64,000 bases of DNA from Mobula hypostoma (Eukaryota): contig NC_086097.1 in the NCBI RefSeq assembly GCF_963921235.1, positions 48,176,001 to 48,240,000 of the forward strand, written 5' to 3'. Under the pieces are notes generated by a model that was given only the letters and a program-made list of their open reading frames with translations, was not told where the DNA came from and ran no database searches. The position numbers were made by a program, and so were the translations under genes. Below, one piece after another: positions 38,283-49,157 of this stretch; the first letter of the stretch is position 1; each line of letters starts with the position of its first letter.

Positions 38283-40934
38283 TTTATGATATCCTGCTGC
38301 TTGTGATGTCACCTAGACTAGTCGGTGGATTAAAATCTTGCAGGCATTTTGTGTGAGATTTCTCTAAATAATCAACTGCACCTGTGTAAGGCACATCATT
38401 ATTAATGTGCAGACTGATTGGCCACGTAACCCATCATTATTGGATCACATATGTCAGTGCTCACTCAGCCCTTTTCCACAGAAAACTAGGTCTAACAATT
38501 AATAGCCCAAGCATCCTTTCAGTGACATAATGGTTGTCGGTTATTGTCAATTAACCTGTCTTGCCCAGTGTGAAATACGCTGGAGAAGTTCCTAGTTAAT
38601 TTCTAAAAAGAGTGGATACATTTCTTTTTTCCTCTTTCATATCTTCCTTTTAAGGTAATATTCTTTCTCCTTCTTTCTTTCTTTTCCTATACCTGCCTGG
38701 ATATTTGTTCACCCACCCACGTTCACCCTCTTTCTTATATTTTCTACTCTTTTTAAAATTTGTCCCTTTAATATCATTGGATCTGCTGTTGGCCTTGTTC
38801 TTCATCAAGATGCTCTACTGTCCTCATCACACTGTTATTAGCTAACACTTCCAGTATTACCATAGCTTCCACATGCAAACTAGTCTAATGAACACTGCAA
38901 AAGGTCCCACCTCAGTAATATTTGTGCCTGGATGGAATGCTGTTAGCTGGCAGACACACCAGGTGATTTCCTGCTGAGCCCTCTTTCAGTCTCTGATTTC
39001 TTCTTGTCATTTCCCTGTTAAATACGCACTCATGCAATACTTCTAACTTTCGAAGTGTGGTTTTATAATCAATTCTAAAGGTACAGTTTAGTGGGAAAAC
39101 TAAAAACAGAAGAGCCAAGGAATGCTCTTTCTCTTTAATCAAATCTTAGTTTCTCACAGAAATGGAAATTTTGAAAGTCTCTGATGAAAGTAAAAGCACA
39201 GACTAGTGTTATTTTAATGAGTGTGGTGTTGCAATGCGCAATTTGTAAATTTGGTAGCAGGAAGTTAAAAAGATCAAAGTGGGCATATCAAAGGTTTCAG
39301 AGACTGATTTTGAAAGAATCTTCTAATTCTTACATTGTATTTGCAATTTTCATTTAAGATGCAACAAAAATTAGAGGTATGCAAATTTCAATACCATTGT
39401 GACATTTAGCCATTTGTTGGGTGATCTGCAGCATATTAATAGCAATTCAAGTACAAGGGAATGTTGTGAACTAAGCATTGGGCTTTCATGTCAGGTCATT
39501 TCTAGATTTAACACAGAAAAATATTGGCAAAATATTCTAAAAAGAGAATGTATAGATCATTTTAATAATCAAAGTATTAATTAGCCTGACTTGATACCAA
39601 GTGAAAAACTACATCAGCTCTCAGTACCAACCTGAAATGTTTCTTTCTCTTTCTACAGATGCCGTTTGATCTGACTATTTGCAGGTCTTTCTGTTTCTAT
39701 TTCACGTTTCAATATCCATCGTATTTTCTTTTCTACCATATTCACTCAACTTTGTTAAACCCCAGTTAGGATGCTAAGCTGCACTAATTCTTGCTATGTG
39801 AATAAGAGAAATTCCCAGGACAACAACGCTACTCAAATAATGTCATGTGCAAACAATTGTAAATATTTGCAATTACAAAGAACACTTAACAACCTGGTGA
39901 ATTTTGTTAGCCTGACACAGCTGTAGCTTATGATTATTAACCTGAAAGGCTGTGCAAATTATTATTTTAAAGGATGTGGACAAAATATAATTTTCCTTGT
40001 GTAGTTTGTATTTAGAAATGAATAGTTGCTGAATATGTTCCATCTTGAGCCAACAGCAGTGATAAGAATGCTGCCTCCGTATAATGTTAAACCATATGGC
40101 AGTCACTGACACTTGATGGGTCACTGATAAGCATTTGGTTATTAGAATCGGCCATGAAATGCCTTCTACATAATTGAGGTTACTCAAAAGAACAGGTACC
40201 TTATCAGCTTTTAGCTGTGGGGGCACAGCTTGCTGATGCTCAATGTACTGATTGTTCTGTGACCAAGCATATGATTAGTGTATCGAGGCAGTTTGTTCTT
40301 AATGAAATGGCAGCAAAATGCATATCAGTAACACCAGTGCCGAAAAATGACTAATTTGATGTTCTTCAGTGCATTTCACTGTTTAATTAGTAACTATAAA
40401 CTCTGAGGCATCAATTTGCTTTAACTGTAATGATCAGATGGGTTCCTGCTAAACATTACAGGGAAGGTAATCTTACTGCCTCACTCATTAATTTTTCTCA
40501 TGCCTCCGTTTTATGTTGAGACTGAAATTCAGTGATTGGACCTCTTGGTGTGCCTTGAATCTGCCTTAATTAGTTTGTTGCTGCAGCCAATCCATGTTAC
40601 CGGTTCATGGACAGTGACCTCGAATGTCTATTGTGCAGCCACTTTCTGTGCACTTCCCGATTTTTCAAGCAAACTCCTTGCGCTTATGAATGGTGCCCAC
40701 TGAGCATGTGCAGAACATTGTGAAGCACTCATTCTTAAGGTCACATGGACTCAACAAAGGTGTACAGACTTGGTTTATGAATACCAGGGGCCCTATATAC
40801 TGAACCCACACCTAACTGGAAAGCTGGTGTCTGTATCACTATCATGTAAGAGGATCTATTTCATCTGGACAATTGACAGAGAGGTAGATGGAGTTATCCT
40901 TATAGATGATGTCCTTAAGTTTCTTTGCTCTTCC

Positions 40935-43900
40935 TTCCGTTGCTTTGAGGAAGAAACAGAAGCAGGAGGAGATGGCAATTGTGGACAAGATTAAAGAAAT
41001 TGATAAGAAATATGTTATGGCTCCTTCTGAGGAGCTATACAAACAAAGAACTGAACTTCAAATGGAACACAGTTTACTACTCTCGTCCTCGATTGTAAAC
41101 CAATTAAAGAAAACAAGAAGTGATTTTTATGTTCACAGTGATAAAATTGGCAAGCTGCTGGCTAATCAATTGAAATCTAATTATGTTAAATCTCAAATCA
41201 ATCAGATTTATAACCAAAATGATCGATTGATATTGGATCATGTGGGGATTAATCAAACCTTTTGTGATTTTTATTCTTCTTTATATCAATCAGAGTCTCC
41301 TCGAGATTCTAAATATATGAATGATTTTTTAGATAAGTTAGACTTCCCTCAGATTTCACAGGATATGTCTTCTTTATTAGATACTTCCATTACAATGGAT
41401 GAGATTAAGAATGTTATTTTTTCTATGAATCTGGGGAAAGCTCCTGGCCCTGATGGGTTTACCGTTGAATTTTATAAATGTTTTGCTTCTTTATTGATTC
41501 CTTGGCTCTATAAGGTTTTTGAGGCTTCTTTGAAACTTGGTAAACTTCCGGAATCTTTTAATAGAGCATCAATTTCTTTAATACTAAAGAAGGATAAAGA
41601 CCCTGCTCAATGTGCATCTTATAGACCAATATCTTTATTAAATGTTGATTCTAAAGTTTTTTCCAAGTTATTAGCAAATAGACTAGAAAAAGTACTTCCT
41701 TCTATTATTTCGGAAGACCAAACGGGTTTTATTAAAGGTCGTTACTCTTTTTATAATATTCGTACATTGTTAAATATCGTTTATACTCCCTCACAAAATG
41801 TTCCTGAGTGTGTTATTTCTTTAGATGCCGAGAAAGCTTTTGATAGAGTAGAATGGCCTTATTTATTTAAGGTGCTTGAAATGTTTAATTTTAGCTTGAA
41901 ATTTATATCCTGGATTAAACTGTTATATCACTCCCCTGTAGCCTCGGTTCGTACTAACTCCTTAAACTCACCTTTTTTTCCTCTCTTTCGTGGTACTCGA
42001 CAAGGCTGTCCTCTTAGTCCCCTATTATTTGATATTGCATTAGAACCTCTTGCAATTGCTATTCGAGAATCTTCAAATATTACTGGGATAACTTGGGGAT
42101 TAAAGTCCCATAAATTATCACTCTATGCTGATGATTTACTTTTATATATTTCTAATCCTGAGAGATCCATTCCTGCTGTTTTAGAGTTATTAGCACAATT
42201 TGGTCTTTTCTCAGGTTATAAATTAAATCTTAGTAAGAGTGAACTTTTTCTGATTAATAAACATCTTCCCTTATATTATAAATTTCCATTTAAATTGATT
42301 AATAATTACTTTTCATATCTTGGGATTAAAATTACTTGTAAACATAAAGATTTATTTAAGACTAACTTTTTACCATTAATAGACCATATTACTCAACTTT
42401 CATCTAAATGGTTTCCCTTATATTTAACTTTGATTGGTCGTATTAATGCAGTTAAGATGTTTTTTTTGCCAAAATTTTTATATGTGTTTCAGGCATTACC
42501 AATTTTCGTTCCTAAATCTTTTTTTGATAAAGTTGACTCTAAAATTTCTTCATTTATTTGGCAGAATAAGAATCCGAGACTGGGTAAAATACATTTACAG
42601 AAAGCTAAGAGAGATGGAGGTTTAGCATTACCTAACTTTAGATTTTATTATTGGGCTATTAATATTCGACATATGAAATTTTGGTTACTTGACCGGGACA
42701 TACTATCTATTCCTAAATGGGTAGCATTGGAATTACAATCTGTTCAGGGTTATACACTTGGTTCTATTTTAGGTTCCTCTCTTCCTTTTGATTCGAAACG
42801 CCTTAAGCAGGTCTCTAACCCGATAGTTAAATATGCTTTGCGCATTTGGTTTCAATTCAGAAAATTTTTTGATCTTAATCAATTCGGGTTAGCGATTCCT
42901 ATTTTAGGTAACATATTTTTTCCTCCCTCTTTTACGGATCGCGCTTTTCAAACTTGGAAGACTAAGGGTATTTTACGGTTTTTGGATTTATTTTTAGATG
43001 GTTCCCTTATGTCTTTTGAACAATTATCTAATAAATATAACTTATCAAGAATACATTTTTTTAGATATTTACAAGTTAGAAATTTCCTAAGTACTATACT
43101 TTCTTCCTTTCCAATGCTTCCTCCTATATATATTTTAGATTCGATAATTAACCTTAATCCATGTCAGAAAGGTGCATCGGCTATGATTTATAATATTATT
43201 ATGAAACTTAGGAAAGCTACATTTGATAAGATTAGGGTAGATTGGGAACAGGAATTGGGGCTTACCATTTCTGTGGATGATTGGGGGCAGATTTTACAAT
43301 TAGTTAATACTTCCTCTATTTGTGCTAAACATTCCCTAATTCAATTTAAAGTGGTTCATAGAGCACATATGTCCAAAGATAAGTTAGCGCGTTTTTACTC
43401 GCATATTAATCCTTTCTGTGATAGATGTTCGGGGCAGATAGCCTCTTTAACTCATATGTTTTGGTCTTGCCCTACTTTGGAAACTTTTTGGAGAGATATT
43501 TTCAATATTATTTCTAAGGTATTAAATATAGATATCTCTCCTCACCCTATTACTGCTATCTTTGGACTACCTAAAATTTCTAGTAATCTTTCCCCTTCAG
43601 CCCGTAGAATGATTGCATTTCTTACTTTAATGGCGAAAAGATGTATTTTACAACATTGGAAAGAGCTTAATGCTCCAACTACCTTTTTTTGGTTTTCTCA
43701 GACGATTTTATGTTTGAATCTGGAGAAAATTAGAAGTAACCTTTATGATTCTTCATTTAAATTTGAACAGATTTGGGGACCTTTTATTCGATATTTTCAT
43801 TTAATGTAATATTTACCCTTCTTGTTTTTTTTTTCACTGTTTTAATGGAGGTCGGGATTGAGGACGTGATTTTAAGTTTAACTCTGTTTGGTTTCAAGTT

Positions 43901-44169
43901 AGCCCATTGCTTTGCTTTGCTTTTAGGTAGTTGCACGGTGGGTTTTTTTTTGGGGGGTTTTTTTTTCTTTTTTCTTTTTTTTTCCATTGATATATATAAA
44001 ATCTAGTATACTATTATGTTATCTTGGTTTCTTATGCTTAAATTACATTGTTTGTAGTATTTTCTTTTTGGTATTGTTATCTTTTGGAATTTTATTGTAC
44101 TTTAACATTGTATTAATGTTTATATGGCTTACCTTTTTTTGTATACTTACTCAATAAAAAGATTTAAAA
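40935..44169 (+). mobile_element. 5'-truncated L1-clade LINE with 18-bp TSD
   Basis: TSD aagtttctttgctcttcc at 40917-40934 and 44170-44187; T-rich 3' UTR; AATAAA at 44153 and a short A-rich tail. Confidence 0.95.
40936..43809 (+). CDS. L1 ORF2 remnant (RT plus C-terminal CCHC; endonuclease missing), uninterrupted
   Basis: GKAPGPDGF, YRPISLLN, SLDAEKAFD, RQGCPLSP, YADD, YLGI, CDRC..LTHMFWSC. No stops across ~957 codons. Confidence 0.9.
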   Translation, partial: SVALRKKQKQEEMAIVDKIKEIDKKYVMAPSEELYKQRTELQMEHSLLLSSSIVNQLKKTRSDFYVHSDKIGKLLANQLKSNYVKSQINQIYNQNDRLILDHVGINQTFCDFYSSLYQSESPRDSKYMNDFLDKLDFPQISQDMSSLLDTSITMDEIKNVIFSMNLGKAPGPDGFTVEFYKCFASLLIPWLYKVFEASLKLGKLPESFNRASISLILKKDKDPAQCASYRPISLLNVDSKVFSKLLANRLEKVLPSIISEDQTGFIKGRYSFYNIRTLLNIVYTPSQNVPECVISLDAEKAFDRVEWPYLFKVLEMFNFSLKFISWIKLLYHSPVASVRTNSLNSPFFPLFRGTRQGCPLSPLLFDIALEPLAIAIRESSNITGITWGLKSHKLSLYADDLLLYISNPERSIPAVLELLAQFGLFSGYKLNLSKSELFLINKHLPLYYKFPFKLINNYFSYLGIKITCKHKDLFKTNFLPLIDHITQLSSKWFPLYLTLIGRINAVKMFFLPKFLYVFQALPIFVPKSFFDKVDSKISSFIWQNKNPRLGKIHLQKAKRDGGLALPNFRFYYWAINIRHMKFWLLDRDILSIPKWVALELQSVQGYTLGSILGSSLPFDSKRLKQVSNPIVKYALRIWFQFRKFFDLNQFGLAIPILGNIFFPPSFTDRAFQTWKTKGILRFLDLFLDGSLMSFEQLSNKYNLSRIHFFRYLQVRNFLSTILSSFPMLPPIYILDSIINLNPCQKGASAMIYNIIMKLRKATFDKIRVDWEQELGLTISVDDWGQILQLVNTSSICAKHSLIQFKVVHRAHMSKDKLARFYSHINPFCDRCSGQIASLTHMFWSCPTLETFWRDIFNIISKVLNIDISPHPITAIFGLPKISSNLSPSARRMIAFLTLMAKRCILQHWKELNAPTTFFWFSQTILCLNLEKIRSNLYDSSFKFEQIWGPFIRYFHLM

Positions 44170-44934
44170 AAGTTTCTTTGCTCTTCCAAATTTAAATTCA
44201 CACCTTCTTGATTGTTTTTCTAAACACTTCCCTCCCCTTCCATGCAATCCACCCATTTCCTCTCTTCCAGATCTTTCCACTCTTAACCTGCTGCCCAAGT
44301 CACTCTGTGATCTCTGCTCTCTGTGTTGGAGAAAATGCGATAAAGGCTGGTGTGTGACGTTCTTCATGTGTGCTTCATTCTAATGCTCACGAGGTCTTGG
44401 TCTTCACACACAATAGAATATCTCCCGGGAAACATTGCCCTAAACAGACTTATGTTGCTGCTTTAACACACATTTCTGGCATATTATAACTTCTAGATCA
44501 GGACATCAGTTGTGTTGTGCAAATGTATGGAAGCTCCCAAATTCAGATGTGATAAGTAGGAAGTGGACTTGTCAGATTCTGGATCATTTCATTGCTGATG
44601 GTTTGTGAATTTTAGCTAAACTCAGGGCAGGGTGGTGTCATACACTTGTCGGTATAACAGAGGAAATGATTGCTGCTAACAATTTAATGGCATTGAGAAA
44701 ACCAATTTTCTTTTAGATGCTGGTTAAATTTTGTGACTATTTTGCCAACATGATAAAAAGTTTAATAGTATATTAACAAATGAACAAACCATGCAATTAT
44801 CCTGAGTTCCATTTCTAAAAATATGCTGTTTACACTGTATGTATAGTTCATAAAAACTAGAACACCAATGATTTGGCTCAAAGCTGTCTATGATCAGCAC
44901 TGTTGAAATTTTTAGGAGTAAAATTGTCTCTGTG

Positions 44935-45163
44935 TGAAGCACCTTCAATAACTCCAAAAGACGGAGGTTTGGTAAAATACTGAAAGGCTTTTATTCGCTG
45001 TACAATGCGACCTCCACAGTGAGTGTTTGCCCCCGGACTGAGGGGGAGGGGCAAGGCGAACACCTTTATACAGGACTCTGTGGGAGGAGCCACAGGGGCA
45101 GTCAGCAGAGGGGTGTGTCCAGACAGGTAGCCGAGTTACAACATATATACATGGTTTACCACA
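44935..45163 (-). repeat. 3' LTR (229 bp)
   Basis: Minus strand tgtggtaaacc...gcttca; direct repeat of 49158-49407. Confidence 0.95.
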
Positions 45164-45181
45164 TTCACCCCTCCTTTTTTT
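45164..45181 (-). other. Polypurine tract
   Basis: Minus strand aaaaaaaggaggggtgaa, directly before the 3' LTR. Confidence 0.85.
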
Positions 45182-45232
45182 AAAAAGAGCCCCGCGGGGT
45201 GAAGTGACTGACAATAGTTACAAGAAGTATAT

Positions 45233-48200
45233 TTACAGGTTAAGTCTATCAGGCGGTCGAGTCCGTCGCTGTGATCTACGTAGCACCGGCGATGGCGGTT
45301 GTGCTGGCTCCGGCCTGACTTCAGGTGCCAGCACGTTAGGCGTCGGTAATCCCTCGTGCGTATGCGTCGCGCCCGGTATGGGAGTGTCGTGTGGTGTCTG
45401 TATAGGGTTTGGGGTGCACGGTGTCTTGTAGGTACATACATTGGTGGGTACGGGGTCAATAGTCACCACGGAGTGTTCAGGGTAGGGGCCCGGAGCTCCT
45501 GCAGGCGCCAGGTCGTGGATGGAGACCGTGTCCTCCTGCCCATCAGGTAAAACCACGTAGGCATACTGGGGGTTCGCATGAAGTAAGTGAACCCTCTCGA
45601 CTATCGGGGAGTATTTATTGCTCCTCGCATGTTTCTGAAGCAGCACTGGCCCCGGGGACGTCAGCCAAGTTGGTAGGGTGGTTCCAGTGGTCGATTTTCT
45701 GGGAAAAGAAAAAAGCCGCTCATGAGGGGTGGCATTGGTGGCTGTGCGTAACAGGGAGCGGATGGAGTGGAGTGCCTCGGGAAGGACCTCCTGCCAGCGG
45801 GAGACCGGCAGTCCCTTTGACCTGAGGGCTGAGTGTGGCTTTCCACACTGTGCCATTCTCCTTCTCTACCTGTCCATTCCCCCGGGGATTATAGCTCGTG
45901 GTCCTACTGGTTGCAATTCCCCTAGTCAGTAGATATTGGCGCAGCTCGTCACTCATAAACGAGGACCCTCCGTCACTGTGGATATAGCATGGGTATCCGA
46001 ACAGAGTGAAGAGCTTGCGCAAGGCTTTTATAACTGACATGGTAGTGGTGTCGGGGCAGGGGATGGCGAAGGGGAACCGCGAGTACTCGTCAATTGCGTT
46101 AAGAAAGTACACATTGCGGTCGATGGAGGGCAGGGGGCCCGTAAAGTCAACACTCAGTTGCTCAAAGGGGTGGGTGGCCTTGATTAGTTGTGCCTTTTCG
46201 GGTCGGTAGAAGTGCGGTTTGCACTCTGCGCAGATTTGGCAGTCCCTGGTCATCATCCTGATCTCCTCAAGGGAGTAAGGCAGGTTCTGGGCTTTCACGA
46301 AGTGGAAAAGCCGGGTGACTCCCGGGTGGCAAAGGTCTACATGTAGGGTGTATAGCCGGTCGATCTGCGCGCTGGCACATGTTCCCCGGGATAGGGCATC
46401 GGAGGGCTCGTTGAGCTTCCCAGGCCTGTACATGATGTCATAGTTGTAGGTGGAGAGTTCGATTCTCCACCTCAGAATTTTATCATTTTTGATTTTGCTC
46501 CGCTGCTGATTATTAAACATGAACGCGACTGAGCGCGCTGGTCAGTTAGCAGGGTGAACCTTTTGCCGGCAAGATAGTGCCTCCAGTGCCTTATAGCTAC
46601 TATGGCCTGGACCTCTTTCTCTACCGCAGAGTGCCGAATCTCAGGGCCTTGAAGGGTACGGGAGAAGAACGCCACTGGTCTTCCTGCCTGGTTGAGGGTA
46701 GCAGCCAGTGCAAAGTCGGAGGCGTCACTCTCCACTTGGAAGGGAATGGCCTCATCCACCGCATGCATTGCTGCTTTGGCAATGTCCCCTTTTATGCGGT
46801 TGAAGGCCGTGTGGGCCTCGGCAGAGAGGGGGAATGTGGTGGACTTGACCAGGGGGCGGGCCTTGTCTGCATAGTTAGAGACCCATTGGGCGTAATATGA
46901 AAAGAAGCCCAGGCACCTTTTGAGGGCTCTGAGGGTGTTGGGAAGAGGGAGTTCCAACAGGGGGTGCATACGGTCAGGGTCAGGGCCAATGACTCCATTC
47001 TCCATGACACACCCAAGGATAGCAAGTCGGGTGGTCCCAAATACACACTTGTCCTTGTTATAGGTGAGGTTGAAAGATTTGGCCGCTTGGAGAAATTTTT
47101 GTAGGTTGTTGTCGTGATCCTGCTGGTCGTGACCGCAGATGGTGATGTTATCCAGATATGGGAACATGGCCTTCAGTTGGCACTGGTCCACCATCTGGTC
47201 CATTGCCCTCTGGAAGACAGATACACCATTTGTGACACCAAAGGGGACGCGCAGGAATTGATAAAGCCCGCCGTCCGCCTCGAAGGCAGTGTAAGGGCAG
47301 TCCTCCCGGCGGATGGGGAGCTGATGGTAAGCGGATTTTAGGTCTATGGTCGAGTACACCTTGTACTGTGCTATCTGATTGACCATATCCGCGATGCGGG
47401 GTAGAGGGTACGCATCGAGCTGTGTGAACCTATTGATGGTCTGGCTATAGTCCACGACCATCCTATTCTTCTGCCCGTTCCGAACAACGACCAGCTGCGC
47501 CCTCCAAGGACTTGTGCTTGCCTCAATGACCCCCTCCCTGAGCAGCCGCTGCACCTTCGACTTAATGAAAGCTCTGTCCCCCGTGCTGTACCTCCTGCTT
47601 TTAGTTGCCACAGGTTTACAGTCAGGGGTCAGGTTGGCGAACAGTGGTGGGAAAGGGATCCTGAGGGTGGAGAGGCCGCAATTGGTGTCGGTAGTGTGGC
47701 AGTTGGCATGGTGTTGGGTGGGATGTGCAAGTCGGTGTGTGTGTGTGCTCAGTAGCGGGGTATGTGACATATCTCTACAAAACAGGGGATTTATGACAGT
47801 AATTGGTGGGAGGGGCCCATCATACTTCATTGTCACGCTTTTCAGGTGGCTCTGGAAGTCCAACCCCAACAGCACAGGGGCACACAGTTGAGGCAAGACC
47901 AGTAACTTAAAGTCCCGATATTCTGTACCCTGCACCACTAGCGTCGCTACACAACCCCCCCGGATGTCTGTTGTATGCGACCCGGAGGCCATGGTGACCC
48001 TCTGACTTACCGGCCGTATCATAAGTCCACAATGCTGCACCGTGGCCAGGTGGATAAAACTCTCTGTGCTGCCAGTGTCAAACAGGCAGCTTGTCCTGTG
48101 CCCCTCCACCAGGATGTCCATCATTGACCTTGCGAGCTGCTGGGGAGCGCTTTGGTCGAGGGTCACGGAAGCCAGGGTGGAGTCGCTGTCTTGGTCCGGC

Positions 48201-49131
48201 GTGGTGGGGTGGCCCGTGAGCACCTGTTGGTCGTAGGTGGTGGGAGGTGGCGCCGACCAAGATGGCCGCCCCCATGTCTCGCACGTGGTGGCAGCGTGCA
48301 GGGAAGATGGCGGCCCCCATGTCTCACACGTGGTGGCAGTGTGCAGGGAAGATGGCGACCCCCATGTCTCGCATGCGGCGCTGCTCGATCCCGCTCGCGG
48401 TTTTGACTTACAGACCTTGGCGAAGTGGCCCTTCTTTCCACAGCTGGAACAGGTAGCTTGTCGGGCCGCGCAGCGTTTCCGGGGGTGCTTCTCCAGTCCG
48501 CAGAAGTAGCACTTCGTGGACTCACGACTGACTGCAGCCGAGGTCGATTCGCCGGCGGGTTGCGATGTCTGCGGCGCCCACGAGGCCATCGGGGGATCGC
48601 GTGCAGAGCCTCGGAGTTATGCAGAGCGGCCTCCAACGTATCAGCCAGCTCGATCGCCGAACTTAGGGTAAGATCGGCTTTTTCCAGCAGCCGCTGGCGC
48701 ACGTACACTAACCTGGTCCCGGTAACAAAGGCGTCTCTCACTAGGAGTTCTGCATGCTGCGCCGCCGTCAGCTCCTGGCGATTTCAGGCCCGTGCGAGTG
48801 TCTGTAGGGCCCGGACAAACTCAGCACTCGATTCCCCGGACCGTTGTTGCCGTGTCGCTAAGCGATGCCGAGCATAGACGCTGTTTATCGGCCGCAGGTA
48901 TTGTCTTTTGAGTGCGTTCATCGCGCTGTCGTAGTTCGGCTGGTCTCTGATCAGCGAATAAACCCGTGGACTGACCCTGGAGAGTAGAACTCTGCGCTTT
49001 GCTACGGGGTCGGTCGCTTTAATCTCCTCTAGATACGCTTCGAAGCAGGCCAGCCAGAGTTCGAAAGTGTTTCCAGCATCAGGCATTTGCGGATCGAGGT
49101 CTAATTTGTCTGGTCTCAGGGACTGTTCCAT
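45233..49131 (-). pseudogene. Gypsy gag-pol, broken by about 4 frameshifts
   Basis: Gag MEQSLRPDKLDLDP; zinc knuckles CYFC..H..C and CSSC..H..C; protease LFDTGS; RT IDLKSAYHQ, VPFG, YLDN; RNase H ESDAS..AVEKE..TD; integrase HHCC and D,D,E (SVDF, HSDG, QVEK). No chromodomain seen. Confidence 0.9.
48259..48373. repeat. 45-bp in-frame tandem repeat (~2.6 copies) in the gag-protease linker
   Basis: aagatggc..cccccatgtctc.cacgtggtggcag.gtgcaggg-like units start at 48259, 48304 and 48349. Confidence 0.9.
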
Positions 49132-49157
49132 GTTTTAAAATGTACAGCGAATAAAAT

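Noticed and set aside
40906..43809. 967-aa ORF as a host or domesticated RT gene
   Set aside because: It is bounded by a perfect TSD, 3' UTR and A-rich tail and lacks the endonuclease. This fits a truncated L1 insertion; nothing here shows selection.
48259..48373. CRISPR-like array
   Set aside because: Head-to-tail repeats without unique spacers, inside a retrotransposon ORF in eukaryotic DNA; no cas genes.
46577..48877. Multiple plus-strand ORFs over the Gypsy interior
   Set aside because: Antisense shadows of GC-rich gag-pol coding sequence with no recognisable domains.
49123..49130. TGGAACAG on the element strand as a tRNA PBS
   Set aside because: It lies 27 nt from the LTR and overlaps the gag start codon; a PBS normally begins within a few nt of the LTR.
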